Source: Eledone cirrhosa (lineage: Eukaryota). Taken from it: a stretch of 64,000 nt of DNA. The stretch spans positions 151,590,001 through 151,654,000 of the forward strand of contig OZ024741.1 in assembly GCA_964016885.1 (NCBI GenBank), given 5' to 3'. This document shows, piece by piece, positions 1-13,832 of this stretch (the stretch's first letter is position 1; the number at the start of each line of letters is the position of its first letter). The translations under genes were made by a program, and so were the position numbers. The notes beneath the pieces are model-generated. The model worked only from the letters and a program-made list of their open reading frames with translations, searched no databases and was not told the DNA's origin.

Positions 1-284
1 ATACAAATAAATAGATAAATAAATCTCGAACGTGTGCGTGCAGCAGTTCATAACTGCACCTAGGCAAACATGAACAGGTATATAGGTGAATTTGTGTGTG
101 CGGCCACGGAACTTCACTCAGAGGCATACAACACAATATATAAGACGTGGAGGGGAGGAAAGAAGGTAATAATGAGAGATAGAGGGGAGGCAAGAAGGTA
201 ATAATAAGAGATGGAGAGACGGAAGTGGGATGGGGGACGGGGGTGGGGTGGTGGTATGGGGAGGGGGTCAGTCGGGGGGCCGGT

Positions 285-575
285 AGGATCGCGCTCTCTG
301 GAGTAGTCTCCATTGGGTCTTGAAGGGGATGGAGTTCCTTTTAAGGTGCCAGATGTGGGCGGCGAGTGTAGTTTGGTTAGATTTGTCTGGGCGCCGGAAC
401 GAATGTGTGTGGGCGTACCAGCGAGTCTTAAAACTGTTAGAAGTCATCCCGATGTACGAGTTTCTTTTTTCATCGGGGCCTGAGAGTACATCGCATATAT
501 AGACGAGATCTTTTTTTAGACAGTTGTTGTTGAGAGGGCAGGTAGTCTTATCAGGGCAATTGCAATTGCCATCGG
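285..575 (-). pseudogene. Penelope-like element fragment: Cys-rich linker plus GIY-YIG endonuclease (Hydra-clade-like)
   Basis: Manual minus-strand translation gives DGNCNCPDKTTCPLNNNCLKKDLVYICDV...NSYIGMTSNSFKTRWYAHTHSF...TTLAAHIWHLK, i.e. a CxC-x5-C-x5-C linker, VY...YIG motifs, catalytic R and His residues. Truncated at a (TA)n tract. Confidence 0.8.
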
Positions 576-589
576 CATATATATATATA

Positions 590-791
590 TAGGAAATTGT
601 TCAAGGCCCCGATGGCAGAGCTCAAGCCGTTTCGACGGCTATTTCTAGACACAGTCCAGAAATACCCGCCGAAACGGCTTGAGCTCTGCCGTCGGGGCCT
701 TGAACAATTTCCTATTACCCACTCTACTTCCCTAACTATTGAGTACTCTGGTGCGTTATGGTCCACCTAGTTCCTTACCACACTTCCTTCG

Positions 792-795
<4 letters not shown>
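590..795. repeat. PLE pseudo-LTR terminal fragments in head-to-head inverted arrangement
   Basis: ggcagagctcaagccgtttcgacggctatttct is followed by its reverse complement. The same sequence family occurs at 2300, 4560, 10484, 35420 and 54650, usually abutting (TA)n. Confidence 0.75.
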
Positions 796-834
<39 letters not shown>

Positions 835-1732
835 ACTACTGTTGAAACATTTGTAAGAACTCGGAATAAATTATCTTTTTATGGTGTCTACCTGTTATTA
901 TTCATTCTTTATATATATATATATCTATAAATATATTTCTTTAATGGAATATATACAGGGAAGATTAATCATATTATAAGGTATCTATTTTTGAAGTTCT
1001 AGTCAACTTTATTTAGTTACCTACCTAGCTATGTGTGGTTACACACTTGTACAAATTAACTCCTGGAATTATTCATGTTTATATATATGTTAATCAATTT
1101 CTAGTTATTATAAAATGCTCGGACCTACTTGATAGAATCTTTGAGCTTATTTTCCGGTTGATATGGCGCATGCCGTTCTGCCATGACACCCATAATTTTG
1201 ATTTAGATCAAAGGTTCTCAACAGGGGGCATATGCACCCCCGGGGGCGTTTCGGAACTCCAGGGGGGGGGGGGGGCGTTTGGGAGTAAGGTCGCGTTAGG
1301 GGGGGGGGCGTTTGGAGCTGGGGGAGGTGGGTTAGGGGGCGCTGGAAGGCTCTTTATTTTGGTAAGTTTTATAAGGCATATTTGTATGTCTTTGAGACAA
1401 CCAGTGTGAATGCATTTGAATGAGCTTGCAGACAGCATAACTATAGTCTGACTTCAGCTGTGAGCAGGTGTGCAGGCATGTCTGGTAATTGAGACGTTAA
1501 CCGGTAATTGAGATCCTAAAAATGGAAAAACCCACAGTCAACTGGGTCAAAGACACTTTGAGCGCATCGAGTTAGAATCTTATCTTTCCTTCACCGATAA
1601 TAATGTATTTCATGTCTGAAATTATTGACTCAACCGTAACGAGTTAACACTATGTAGATCCATTGTATTCCCTATTGTATAAATAATATTAGAAATAAAA
1701 AAAAAGAAAAGAAAAAAACAGAAGCGAGTAGC

Positions 1733-1902
1733 ACACACATCTAGAACCACATACAACAGATAATCAGATAATACACACATCTAGGACCACATACAGCACA
1801 TAATCAGATAATACACACATCTAGGACCACATACAACACATAATCAGATAATACACACATCTAGGACCACATACAGCACATAATCAGATAATACACACAT
1901 CT
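1733..1902 (+). repeat. 40-bp minisatellite, about 4 copies
   Basis: Unit acacacatctaggaccacataca(a/g)cacataatcagataat is repeated in tandem. Confidence 0.9.
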
Positions 1903-2118
1903 TTGGAATATTGTTAATCAATTTTTTAGTAATCTACTGATATAAAAATCAGTAGTATATTGAAAAATAGAAAAATAGGGGGGGGGGGGCGTTTCGTGAT
2001 TTCGAGGGACAAAATGGGTTGAGAGCCTGTGATTTAGATTAAATTCATTTAATTTATCTTAATTTTGGATATAGATATATATATATATACATATACATAT
2101 ATATACTTATAACATATA

Positions 2119-2190
<72 letters not shown>

Positions 2191-2264
2191 CATTTATATA
2201 TATAGTGTATATACATATATATATATATGTGTGTGTGTGTGTTATATGTTATAAGTATATATAT

Positions 2265-2299
<35 letters not shown>

Positions 2300-2302
<3 letters not shown>

Positions 2303-4694
2303 GAACGAGTAGGACCCCGACGGCTGAGCTCAAGCCGTTTCGACGGCTAATTCAGGACTAAGTGAACATATATCCTGGTATTTGAATAGCCGAACTACTC
2401 AAGGGGTAATTCCATATATGGTCAAAGTGATTGTCACAGGGATTGGTCAAAAAGTTAGTAGTTGAGACATAATAATTATATGATGGCAATTTGTGGGGGG
2501 AAGGGGTAGCTAAACCTGCCAGTAGGAGAAAGAGGGAGAGGGGAAGGAGGAGACCCATTCATGCGTTGATAGTGCCGGCTACAGCTGGGCGTGAGGTCAA
2601 AGAAGATACTAGGGAGGGGGAGGGGAGGAAGTCGAAACAGTAAGTAGAACAATGAGGGGCAAATATATAGAAAAAAAAACTGAGAGTGTTAAAAAGCGAT
2701 TAAATGTAAAAAAGAAAATAAACGAATTCTGGTTACTACGACCTAAGTCTTTCACTATTGCTATGCTAAAGAAATATGTTAGGTGGGACGGAATTAAAAA
2801 GAGACCCTTTAAGAGGTATAAGTACATATATCAAACGGTGACGGGTCTACAAGTGAGGGGCCAAAATACTAAATAAACTACCACGAAATAATAAAGGTTT
2901 CTACCCCAGGCACAAGGCCAGCAACCACCCAGTGCAAAAAAGTAAACTAGTAAGAAATAATAATTCAGAGTCCCGAAAAAGAATACTAATACTGTCTCTA
3001 AGGGTACCGCCACGATACAAAAGTACTAGTACAAGCTACATAAAAGCTCGTACGAAGTAAAAGTAAAATACGGAAAATTAGTTCGAACCCCCCCCCCCCC
3101 CATAAATACTGATAAACGAGAAATTAAAGCAAAGATGCCACTAAGAAGTATAGAAAGCACGGAAAAAGGGTGGGGGTACGGGGGTACTGAGGCTACAAAG
3201 GACCGAGGGGCTGCCTCGGGTGGGCGAGAAAAATACGACGACAAACGGGATATGCGGAGGGAGATGTTTTTGACCAGGTTGTTGGTGATGTTCCTAGGAT
3301 GGTTTGATCGGCGGTGGATGTAGTGCAGGTTGTCGTTAGGTTTCCTGTATGGGTAGTACAGGTCATTATCGACGTCGACGGTAACGTCCAGGAGGTTTAG
3401 TCGGGTCAGGGACGTTTGTAGGGTTATTTTAAATCCCCAGTCGCGGAAGAAGCTGATTAATTGTTTACGGACCCGATCTGTACTACTGGGGTTGTACCCT
3501 TTAAGGGTAAGGAGCCCATCATCACGGTACAATCCACCGCCAAATGCAGGAAACATATCGGTGAGTTTGGCTATTAGGATTAATCCTATAAGATCTGTGA
3601 CCTCCGCCGAATCCGTCGCGCCCATGCTGACGTCGAAGGGTGAGTCGGGAGCTCTTTTTATCCATTTGGAGTTGTCAAAGAGTAAGACTGTCTTCCTAGC
3701 ATGGAGGATGATGTTTCTTTCCTGGTCGGTGATGGGCACCAGTGCTTCAGCGAAGTCCATCAGTAGTTTATCAGTATTTATTTTTTTTTTTTTTTGGGGG
3801 GGGGGGGGGGGGTCGAACTAATTTTCCGTATTTTACTTTTACCTCGTACGAGCTTTTATGTAGCTTGTACTAGTACTTTTGTATCGTGGCGGTACCCTTA
3901 GAGACAGTATTAGTATTCTTTTTCGGGACTCTGAATTATTATTTCTTACTAGTTTACTTTTTTGCACTGGGTGGTTGCTGGCCTTGTGCCTGGGATAGAA
4001 ACCTTTATTATTTCGTGGTAATTTCGTGGTAGTTTCTTTAGTATTTTGGCCCCTCACTTGTAGACCCGTTACCGTTTGATATATGTACTTATACCTCTTA
4101 AAGGGTCTCTTTTTAATTCCGTCCCACCTAATATATTTCTTTAGCATAGCAATAGTGAAAGACTTAGGTCGTAGTAACCAGAATTCGTTTATTTTCTTTT
4201 TTACATTTAATCGCTTTTTAACACTCTCAGATTTTTGGGTTTTTTCAATATATTTGCCCCTCATTGTTCTACTTACTGTTTCGACTTCCTCCCCCTCCCC
4301 CTCCCTAGTATCTTCTTTGACCTCACGCCCAGCTGTAGCCGGCACTATCAACGCATGAATGGGTCTCCTCCTTCCCCTCTCCCTCTTTCTCCTACTGGCA
4401 GGTTTAGCTACCCCTTCCCCCCACAAATTGCCATCATATAATTATTATGTCTCAACTACTAACTTTTTGACCAATCCCTGTGACAATCACTTTGACCATA
4501 TATGGAATTACACCTTGAGAACTTCGGCTATTCAAATACCAGGATAAATGTTCACTTAGTCCTGAATTAGCCGTCGAAACAGCTTGAGCTCAGCCGTCGG
4601 GGTCCTACTCGTTCCTATTACCCACTCTACTACCCTAAGTATTGAGTACTTTGGTGCGTTATGGTCCACCTGGTTCCTTACCACATTTCTTTCG

Positions 4695-4695
<1 letters not shown>
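2300..4695 (-). mobile_element. 5'-truncated, internally deleted PLE (Hydra-clade-like) with inverted 3'UTR copy at its 5' junction
   Basis: About 810-bp inverted arms (2300-3116 vs 3767-4617) flank an RT fragment. Both outer ends abut (TA)n. Confidence 0.8.
3237..3760 (-). pseudogene. PLE reverse transcriptase fragment (palm/thumb)
   Basis: ORF 3026-3760 contains FDVSMGATDSAEVTDLIG, GGLYRDDGL, LLDVTVD and YPYRKPNDNLHYIHRRSNHP. Homology stops at ISRLSS, where the sequence jumps into the 3'UTR. Confidence 0.85.
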
Positions 4696-4776
<81 letters not shown>

Positions 4777-4991
4777 GTATGTATATGTGTATGGATTTTT
4801 TTCTCACGAGTCAGTTCTTTCGTTGCTACGGACCCGGCTGAATTACCGGTCGCTGTCTTCATTTTGAAAAGCCCTTTAAACTGTATGTTATTTCTCAGAG
4901 GCCCTATACCTTGTCGAGTGCTTGGCTGCACTTCTGATATCATTCGTCGGCTTAGCTGAGGCTCTGGCTCCGAATATGCTGTACTTCCATT

Positions 4992-5036
<45 letters not shown>

Positions 5037-5788
5037 CATCTCCAACCTACTTTAGCGTCAGATTCCTCGCCACTGTTATTACAATATATTTTCACTCCCT
5101 ACAATGTTTATTGTAAGGTCTCTTTATAACATTTCTTAGGATTGTGGTGCTTTATATTTGATAGCTTTAGTTTAGCCTAGAAAGGTTTTTTAGCAAGACG
5201 GTTCTCAGAAAAACGAACCATCTTATTGGATTAAGCATAACCTTTGACTCAATCGAAACTATGTTTTCTGTTTTGAAATCTGATGTTAGAGTTTTCTAAG
5301 ATATATTGGGGATATTTCTAAGAGAGTTCTAATGATATTTTTGCATAGTCATTTAGGTAGCATATGCTTATTCCAGAGAGTGAATATCTTCGAATAACAT
5401 GAAAGGAGAACGGGAAAACAGGACATATCTTCGCTTACTGACTTTTTCCTTGTTCCCATTGTAATGACACTGTAATGATATATGATTATGATGGTCTGAA
5501 ATCCCGTTTAAAACCACCTGTTAGGAATTTAAATATGCTCTGAAAACATACGCAATATAAAATCCACAGAATTGGGTGTGATTAGTGGGAGAACATTTTG
5601 CTATTGATACTTTCTAAAGCCCACAGCAAAATTTGCCGAAAAAACTGTTGCTCTATTTCTGCAATTAAGTGCCCCTCGAGGGCTCACAATACAACTCTTT
5701 TTACTTAATATGATAAAGGCTTGCTTAATTAAGAGTTTTGCTTGCTCACTAAGTGTATACATGGAAATATAAATGTATACACTGTGTG

Positions 5789-5872
<84 letters not shown>

Positions 5873-6019
5873 TGTGTGTCTGTGTGTGTGCGTGTACACA
5901 TATATGTATGTGTATGTATATATATATATTCTCTACCTCAATTCGTTGTGCCTGGTGAATTCATTTCTCGCCACACCTTCTATCAACTCCTTCCCTTTCT
6001 CTCTCTCTCACCCTCTCTC

Positions 6020-6051
<32 letters not shown>

Positions 6052-6229
6052 CCCTTCTGTCTCCCTTCCTCTCTATCCATCTAGCTTGGTTGTCAGCCCA
6101 AGTGCGTCTTACACCTGTTTGGATTAACTCCCTTTCCTACTCCTCCCCCTCTCTCTCTATACCCCCCTCTGCCTTCTACTCTCTCTCGCTTCCGTTTCCA
6201 CCGTCATTCTCTCTTTCTGTTGTGGTTAC

Positions 6230-6602
6230 GTTGAGGATTGACGTGTGGATACCTAGCTGCCTTATTATTGCCCCGCGCTTAAACCAGACGGTTTTTTTTA
6301 AAATTCGATCTCCATTCTCGCGGTTACTTGCTTACATGTACCGTGTTCCCCTCCTATTGGTAGTTTTTTTTCTTATTTTCCTTTTTATCTTCTCTCTTTC
6401 TTCTTTTCTTTCTCTCCCTCGTGGCTTTTTGATAGTTAAAAGAGTATGGGCGCGCTACAGATAGATGTATAGTTAATAATGCACCAAAACATCCGTGATC
6501 CGTTGTTAACTAGTGACGAAGGGAGACTGTCCACCTCTTGTTTGTGTCTCCTTACCTTCTAACACCCGTTATCAGTAACCACAAATCCCTCCTCTCATCG
6601 AT

Positions 6603-6605
<3 letters not shown>
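6230..6605 (+). repeat. Dispersed repeat, second copy at ~35143-35410; probable PLE terminal fragment
   Basis: Shares gcggttacttgcttacatgtac...gacgaagggagactgtccacctcttgtttg...cccgttatcagtaaccaca; ends at (TA)n. Confidence 0.65.
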
Positions 6606-6647
<42 letters not shown>

Positions 6648-6660
6648 TCCCGCACGCATC

Positions 6661-6724
<64 letters not shown>

Positions 6725-7141
6725 TACATATATATGCGAGCATGAAAATACATTAAATGCGAGCATGACAAAACGTTAAAAGCATGAAATACATATCCAA
6801 TATAAATATTAACGTATTTCCTATTTTTGTAACATCTTTATAATATATATATATATATGTATATTATACGCTCACGCACACTCACACACACAGTCACACG
6901 TGCAGACTCACACGCACAGGCACACACACACACAAACACATACATTTGGAAAATAATAATCGGGTAGATTCGTTTAGAAACAAAAATGAGAAAACCTAGA
7001 TAGATTTTCAATGCCTATCAAAGATATATTGAAAGTATAAATGGGTGAACATCCCACAAATCTAGTAATATGTTAAAGATAGATTAAGATAAGAGGAAAA
7101 TACTAAACTGTATCTTTTTGCTTTGATGTATTCTCTAGGCA

Positions 7142-7268
<127 letters not shown>

Positions 7269-7543
7269 GTGCGTGTGTGCGTGTGAGAGAGAGAGAGAGA
7301 CAGAGAGTATGTGTGTATGTGGGGTGTGTATATATACATAGATGTACATATATATGTAAATATATGTAACTGGCTATTATCTTCAATATATGTAACTATC
7401 TATTATCTCTCTCTCTTACTCTTACTCTTACTCTCTCCCTCTCTCTTTCTATATATATATATATATAATCAAGGTTTAGCTAATAAGAAAAAATACATGT
7501 GTCCCTATACGCTTTTTGCGTGTAGGGATATATACTTTATTAT

Positions 7544-7587
<44 letters not shown>

Positions 7588-7653
7588 GTATATATATATT
7601 GTATATATATATATATTATATATACATATATACATATACATATATACATATAC

Positions 7654-7691
<38 letters not shown>

Positions 7692-7925
7692 ATACATATA
7701 TATATATACATATACATACAAACATACATACATGCATACATGAATTCATGCATACATATATGAGAATGTTATATCTGTATGCATACAGAATAGGATTAAA
7801 GCAATCGAGATTGCGGAAATGTGTATACAATTTACACATATTCAATATATATGCATGTAATCATGTCAAATATACGTATTACTCGCTTTTACTATGCTGA
7901 TACATGTATATATGTATATATTCCA

Positions 7926-8105
7926 TTATTAATCGGTAGAGCATCAGACACCATGCGTTTAACACAGAGTCATGTCCCTTTACGTTCTGAGTTCGAAATT
8001 CGCCGAGGTTAACTTTGCCTTTCATCCTTACGGAGTCGACAAAATAAAGTACCAGTAATGCACTGAAATAATTGCTGGACTTGTGCCAAAAATAGAAACA
8101 ATTAT
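7926..8105 (+). mobile_element. tRNA-derived SINE (Meta-domain-like), partial head
   Basis: Box B-like gagttcgaaattc followed by gccgaggttaactttgcctttcatccttacggagtcgacaaaataaagtaccagt and the family tail. Confidence 0.75.
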
Positions 8106-8183
8106 ATACACACATTTATTCAAACATACACTAATGCTACATATGGAAGCACGCGCACATTTACGCACTCGCACACACATACA

Positions 8184-8262
<79 letters not shown>

Positions 8263-8756
8263 TATATGCCTACATATTAAATATGTGTATATATTTATAC
8301 ACGTTGTGGCTCTCTCGGTTACACACTGTATTTATACAGATATAACATCATCTTACACTGCAGCTATTAGCGCACCTCTTAATATATATCTTAATTAATA
8401 ACCAACACGAGCGCTAAATATGTATAAATTAGTACGTGATTTTCAGACTAAGATTAAAAGCGAATAGGTATATATATACTCATCAAATATATGTTACCTT
8501 GTTGATTAGATGATATACACGCCTTTTAATGAGGGTCTAATTAGATCCGAAAATCGATTAGAGGTGTTTATTTTTTCAATTTAAAAAGAAATTCGTATAT
8601 TCACATAACGTGGAAGTAGAGTACATATATTAAAAGTCAGCACTATCATTGATTTCATAAGGAAAATCTGTGTAAATCACGAGGTGCATTTTCTCAAAGT
8701 GAAACTAATAATTTAAACGTACTCTGCACAATGACAAAATCGAGAATATTATATAT

Positions 8757-8938
8757 TGGCAGTATCAGTAGAGGGTCGGACGCCTTGTTTTGCAGCATGG
8801 AGTTACGCCCCTTAACGGTCTGAGTTCAGATCCCGCCAAGGTTAACTTTGCCTTTCATCCTTACGGGGTCGATAAAATAAAGTACCAATAATGTACTGGG
8901 ATGATTGCTGGCTTTGTACCAAAAGTAGAAATAATTAT
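8757..8938 (+). mobile_element. tRNA-derived SINE (Meta-domain-like)
   Basis: Box A tggcagtatcag, box B gagttcagatccc, core gcctttcatccttacggggtcgataaaataaagtacca, tail. Confidence 0.8.
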
Positions 8939-9264
8939 ATATTGATTGCATTACTGAAATTACTTTTTATTACTACTCCGAATTTTGCGGATTCCCGCTG
9001 ATGAAGAAAGTGACCATGACACTGAACATATAGCAAATATAATGTATATAGCTATAATAATACTCAAGATAGAACTGACGTCCTTTTGTTGTTCTTTTTC
9101 TTTATGCTCAATTTTATATTTTAGTTTGGTTATATATGCATAACTTCGGATATTCTAAAAATTAGAATTATTATATTCTTACTAGAACATTTGGTACATG
9201 TTCTCACATACATACTCAAAATTATATATTAACATATTTATGCATACATGTATACATATATATA

Positions 9265-10360
9265 TCCACCAAGTACCCGCCTAAAGTTAAAGACCTTGCA
9301 AACTTCGAAGCAGACCTCTTGGAGTTAATAGCTAACATACAATTCCACAAGTACAATAATTCCTTCCAAAAAATCCTTCTAAAAGATATTAAGTTCAGAT
9401 CGTCAAATAACCTATTTGTTTTCTCTGACGAAACTAAGAACCTATATAAAATAAATAGATATATATATATATAATCAGATTATACTAAGCAGCACAACTA
9501 GCAAATAGCAGAAAGCCAAACCTAATATTTACAACTCTATTAACAACGGTGCCAAAAAATTTGCTAGAAATGTTAAAACAGATAATAAACTAGAACGATT
9601 AGCAAAGTGTAATGCCTTCATTACCCTGAAGGATCATAAAATAGACTTTACAAACAGACCGTGATGCAGGTTCATAAATCTAGTACGAACAGAATTAGGA
9701 CTAGCTAGCAAGATCTTAAGAGAAATAAACACACGCATCACAAACAACACGAGCTTCTTACTCTGGAACAATACCACATCGGTTATATCCTGGTTCAAAG
9801 ATATCCCATCAAAAGCCAGGACTATGTTTACCCAGTTCAATATAACATATTTTACCCTTATATCACGAAACCACTACTAGACAAGGCCTTGGACTTCGAG
9901 TGTACCTTCGGAACTATCAGTAACCAAGAACTCGACATAATTTACGACGCAAGAAAGACGTTTTTATTCAACAATGGCACCGCAGAGGATTCATTCGACA
10001 TCTCGATGGGGTCATACGACAGCGTGGATATATGTAATCTTGTATGATTATTCATTCTCCATACCATTAAGCAGAATTCCCCGACCACACCGCCGGTCTA
10101 TAATGCGTCGACGATCAATCACTAACCCACGACCACAACGGCCACGATATGGACAAGTTCCATAAAGACCTGATAAATACCTTTCGCAACTTAGGTCGTA
10201 AAATCACGGTCGACACGACCATCACTAGCACGTTTCTCGACGTCAATCTAGACCTAAAAACAATACATATAAACCATATCACAAACCGAACGAGAGACTG
10301 AAATACATCAACAGAGGATCATGCCAACAGACCATAGTGTTTAAGAATTTAGTACCCAGA
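9265..10360 (+). pseudogene. Degraded PLE RT (Hydra-clade-like), N-terminal to thumb region
   Basis: Fragmentary translation: KYPPKVKDLANFEADLLELIANIQFHKYNNSFQKILLKDIK, SDETKNLY, AFITLKDHK, SFDISMGSYDS, FLDVNLDL, YKPYHKPNERLKYINRGSC. Multiple stops and frameshifts. Confidence 0.75.
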
Positions 10361-10483
10361 TACACTAAAGAAGTCAGTGTATTTGAATATTACATCATTT
10401 TATTGATTAATTTGTTACTGTTATATATATTTCAGTGGTAACTATTATGCAATAGATACGAACTTATCGATATATATATATAT

Positions 10484-10824
<341 letters not shown>

Positions 10825-10967
10825 CGTGCGTGTGTGTGGATATATGTGTGTGTGTATGATTCAAATTTTAAAAATATATGTGTGTAATATAGCCATATAT
10901 CATTAGCTAAACACACTATTTTGTACATAAATATAATGAAGCATATACAATTTAGGAAACATTATAT

Positions 10968-11148
10968 ATTGCAGTATCGGTAGAGGGTCGGACGCCATGC
11001 TTTGCAGCAAAGAGTTACGTCCCTTATGATCTGAGTTCAAATCCCGCCGATTTTAACTTTGCCTCTCATCCTTACGGGGTCGATAAAATAAAGTACCAGT
11101 AATACACTGGTTAATTGGTGGACTTGTGCCAAAAGTAGAAATAATTAT
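10968..11148 (+). mobile_element. tRNA-derived SINE (Meta-domain-like)
   Basis: Box B gagttcaaatccc, conserved core and tail as in the other copies. Confidence 0.8.
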
Positions 11149-11320
11149 ATATTTTAAGGTGGAAAAGTAATTATATTTTTCACGTCGGCGTTCTAATATG
11201 TTTCCTTAATGATATATGGTTATATACATATATTTCTTAAAATTTGAATTATTGATGCTTTGGAGAAATGCTTTTTTTAATGAAAAACATATTCATCATA
11301 TGGTTTGTTACTTTAAATTA

Positions 11321-11368
<48 letters not shown>

Positions 11369-11389
11369 TTATTTATTTATTAAAATAAC

Positions 11390-13090
11390 AGATTAAATTT
11401 TAAGCAAAGAATCGCTGCTTTCATCCTTAACGGGATCTTCTGACACTAAAAAAAAAATCAATCTGTGAACGCAGAAGTAAATATTTCGAAATACATTGCA
11501 ACGCAAGGAAAGATACAGGAAGACGATACTTTGGTTCGTGAAGACGTTCCCTGGCAATGAACAGAAAAAAAGCGAAGATAATACGTCGTTATGTTGGGCG
11601 GTGAGAACAATTACACGCAAAGACAAAACAACGTTTATGGTATAAATGAAGTCGTAGACTAATATTCTATTTAGGAAACCGAATAATTCTCGGCTTCAGA
11701 GTTAAGAATAATGTAAATAAATTAGTAGACCGAAAATGACAGAGGTTACTAAAATCAATAATAATTAAATATATACATGCACGCATCCATATACGTACAT
11801 ACATGTGCATACGCGAAAACACCCGCCATGCATATACATGCACGTACACATAAACACGTGCACACATAGATAATCCCACGCTACACATGTACCCCCACAC
11901 ATACGAACGTATACACCAAATACACATAAAGAAAAAAATATATATGTGTGTGTGTGTATACATATAATTATATAAACGTATATAAATATACACACATAAA
12001 TACGTATATAGCGCACACACACACACATACCTACAGGTAAACTCACATATGTTCACGAAACGTACGTCAACCAAATCGCAATGTACACATATACACACCT
12101 TACATACGTGCAAACACGCATACACGCATACACACATACACGCATACACACACAAACACAAAATACACATAACTATATACACATATACCAGTATATATAA
12201 TATAATATATACACCTACAACAAATACAAGCATATATACGTACGAGAAAGTATACGCACCTTCACAAAATATACGGGTAAGATATACTTACCTATACAAA
12301 AAAGTAATGGTATAAACATAAAATATACTTAGCTACCACATCAAGACGTAAATTATCCGCGTATTGTACTATCTGTTAGGGTATAATGTGGGGCTGTAAT
12401 AAAGGATAGTTTTATGCAATTTGCGTTTACAAGCCGAAATTGCCTCAGATTTTTTGTTTAAGATGTGGTCTTTGGCGTAGAGTATCTCCAGGGCTTCAGC
12501 GGCGCAAAGATCGCATGGTCTTTTATTTCCGTTATACGACATAGCCAGAGCTAGGATCTCCCAGTGTAACCTATATCGGGTGTGGTTGTCTTTTAGACTC
12601 CAGATATAAGCTGAAAGTGACGTCATATTCCTTCTTAAAGGGTTAAGAAAAGAATGGGTGTGCATGTAAAGACGCTGCTTGAATCTATTGGCGGTTAACC
12701 CTATGTAAGTGTTTCGAACTTACATTTTTAGACAATGTTATTGGTGAGGCATTTCGCGGAAATACCTCTCTGAAGCCGAGAATAATTCGGTTTCCTAAAT
12801 GGAATATTAGTCTACGACTTCATTATACCATACACGTGGTTTTGTCTTTGTATGTAATAGTTCTCCACGCTCCACATAACGACGTATTATCTTCGCTTTT
12901 TTCCGTTCATTGCCAGGGAACGTCTTCACGAACCAAAGTATCGTCTTCCTGTTTCCCTTTAGTTGCAACGTTTTCGAAATATTTACTTCTGCGTTCACAG
13001 ATTGATTGTTTTAGTTTCAGAAGGTCCCGTTACAGGTGACAGCAGCGATTCTTTGCTTAAACTTCAATCTGTTATTTTAATAAATATTTA
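11390..13090 (-). mobile_element. 3' fragment of a PLE (GIY-YIG C-terminus plus 3'UTR) with inverted terminal copy
   Basis: 12369-12715(-) reads TYIGLTANRFKQRLYMHTHSF...SLSAYIWSLKD...CDLCAAEALEIL...LNKKSEAISAC. 11392-11705 and 12770-13085 are inverted copies. A short third copy is at ~31700-31770. Confidence 0.78.
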
Positions 13091-13179
13091 CTCTAGAGTT
13101 CTTATATATTTGATATATATTTATCCTTATCGAGCCTTCTTTAGATTTTAGTCTTCACATTTATTATTATTACTATATA

Positions 13180-13372
13180 GCGGCGGTGGATTGGCAGTAT
13201 TGGTAGAGGGTCGGACGCCATGCTTTCCAGCATAGTTACGTCCCTTTACGATCTGAGTTCAAATCCCGCCGAGGTTGACTTTGCCTTTCATCCTTACGAG
13301 GTAGATAAAATAACGTACCAGTAATGCACTGGTTAATTGCTGGCCTTGTGCCTAAAGTAGAAACAATTATTA
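13180..13372 (+). mobile_element. Full-length tRNA-derived SINE (Meta-domain-like)
   Basis: Box A tggcagtattgg, box B gagttcaaatccc, core gccgaggttgactttgcctttcatccttacgaggtagataaaa, tail gctggccttgtgcctaaagtagaaacaattatta. The Meta-domain assignment is from memory of the consensus. Confidence 0.82.
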
Positions 13373-13678
13373 CTATATATCTATATATATATACAGAGAG
13401 AGAGAGAGAGAAAAGTTGGGGGAGAGAGAGGGAGAGAAAGAAAGTTAGATAGCATGTATATTGTTCTATAATCTGTCCTTTATATTTGTCATCTAACTAT
13501 CATTCAAGTCATCTGCAGCATACCACAGGTTTCTTTATAGTAATTTTATAAATGTTATGTAACATCTAGGTTTCCATCAGGGAAAATATTAGGTTGTAAA
13601 CAAAATTAATATGAAAATATATGTTGCATATGTATAAAGATATATATAAATATATATATAAATATATATATATATGTG

Positions 13679-13790
<112 letters not shown>

Positions 13791-13832
13791 AGGGTATTGA
13801 AGTTTGCTTGAAGCATTGTGGAATAATAAGGT

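Noticed and set aside
1733-1902. CRISPR-like array
   Set aside because: Units are contiguous with no unique spacers; a minisatellite in a eukaryotic context.
3839-4426. 195-aa basic ORF
   Set aside because: Antisense to a PLE 3'UTR and disrupted in the sister arm (2652-2876); no domain similarity recognised.
13180-13270. tRNA gene
   Set aside because: A and B boxes are present, but there is no cloverleaf and it is followed by the SINE body; many dispersed copies.
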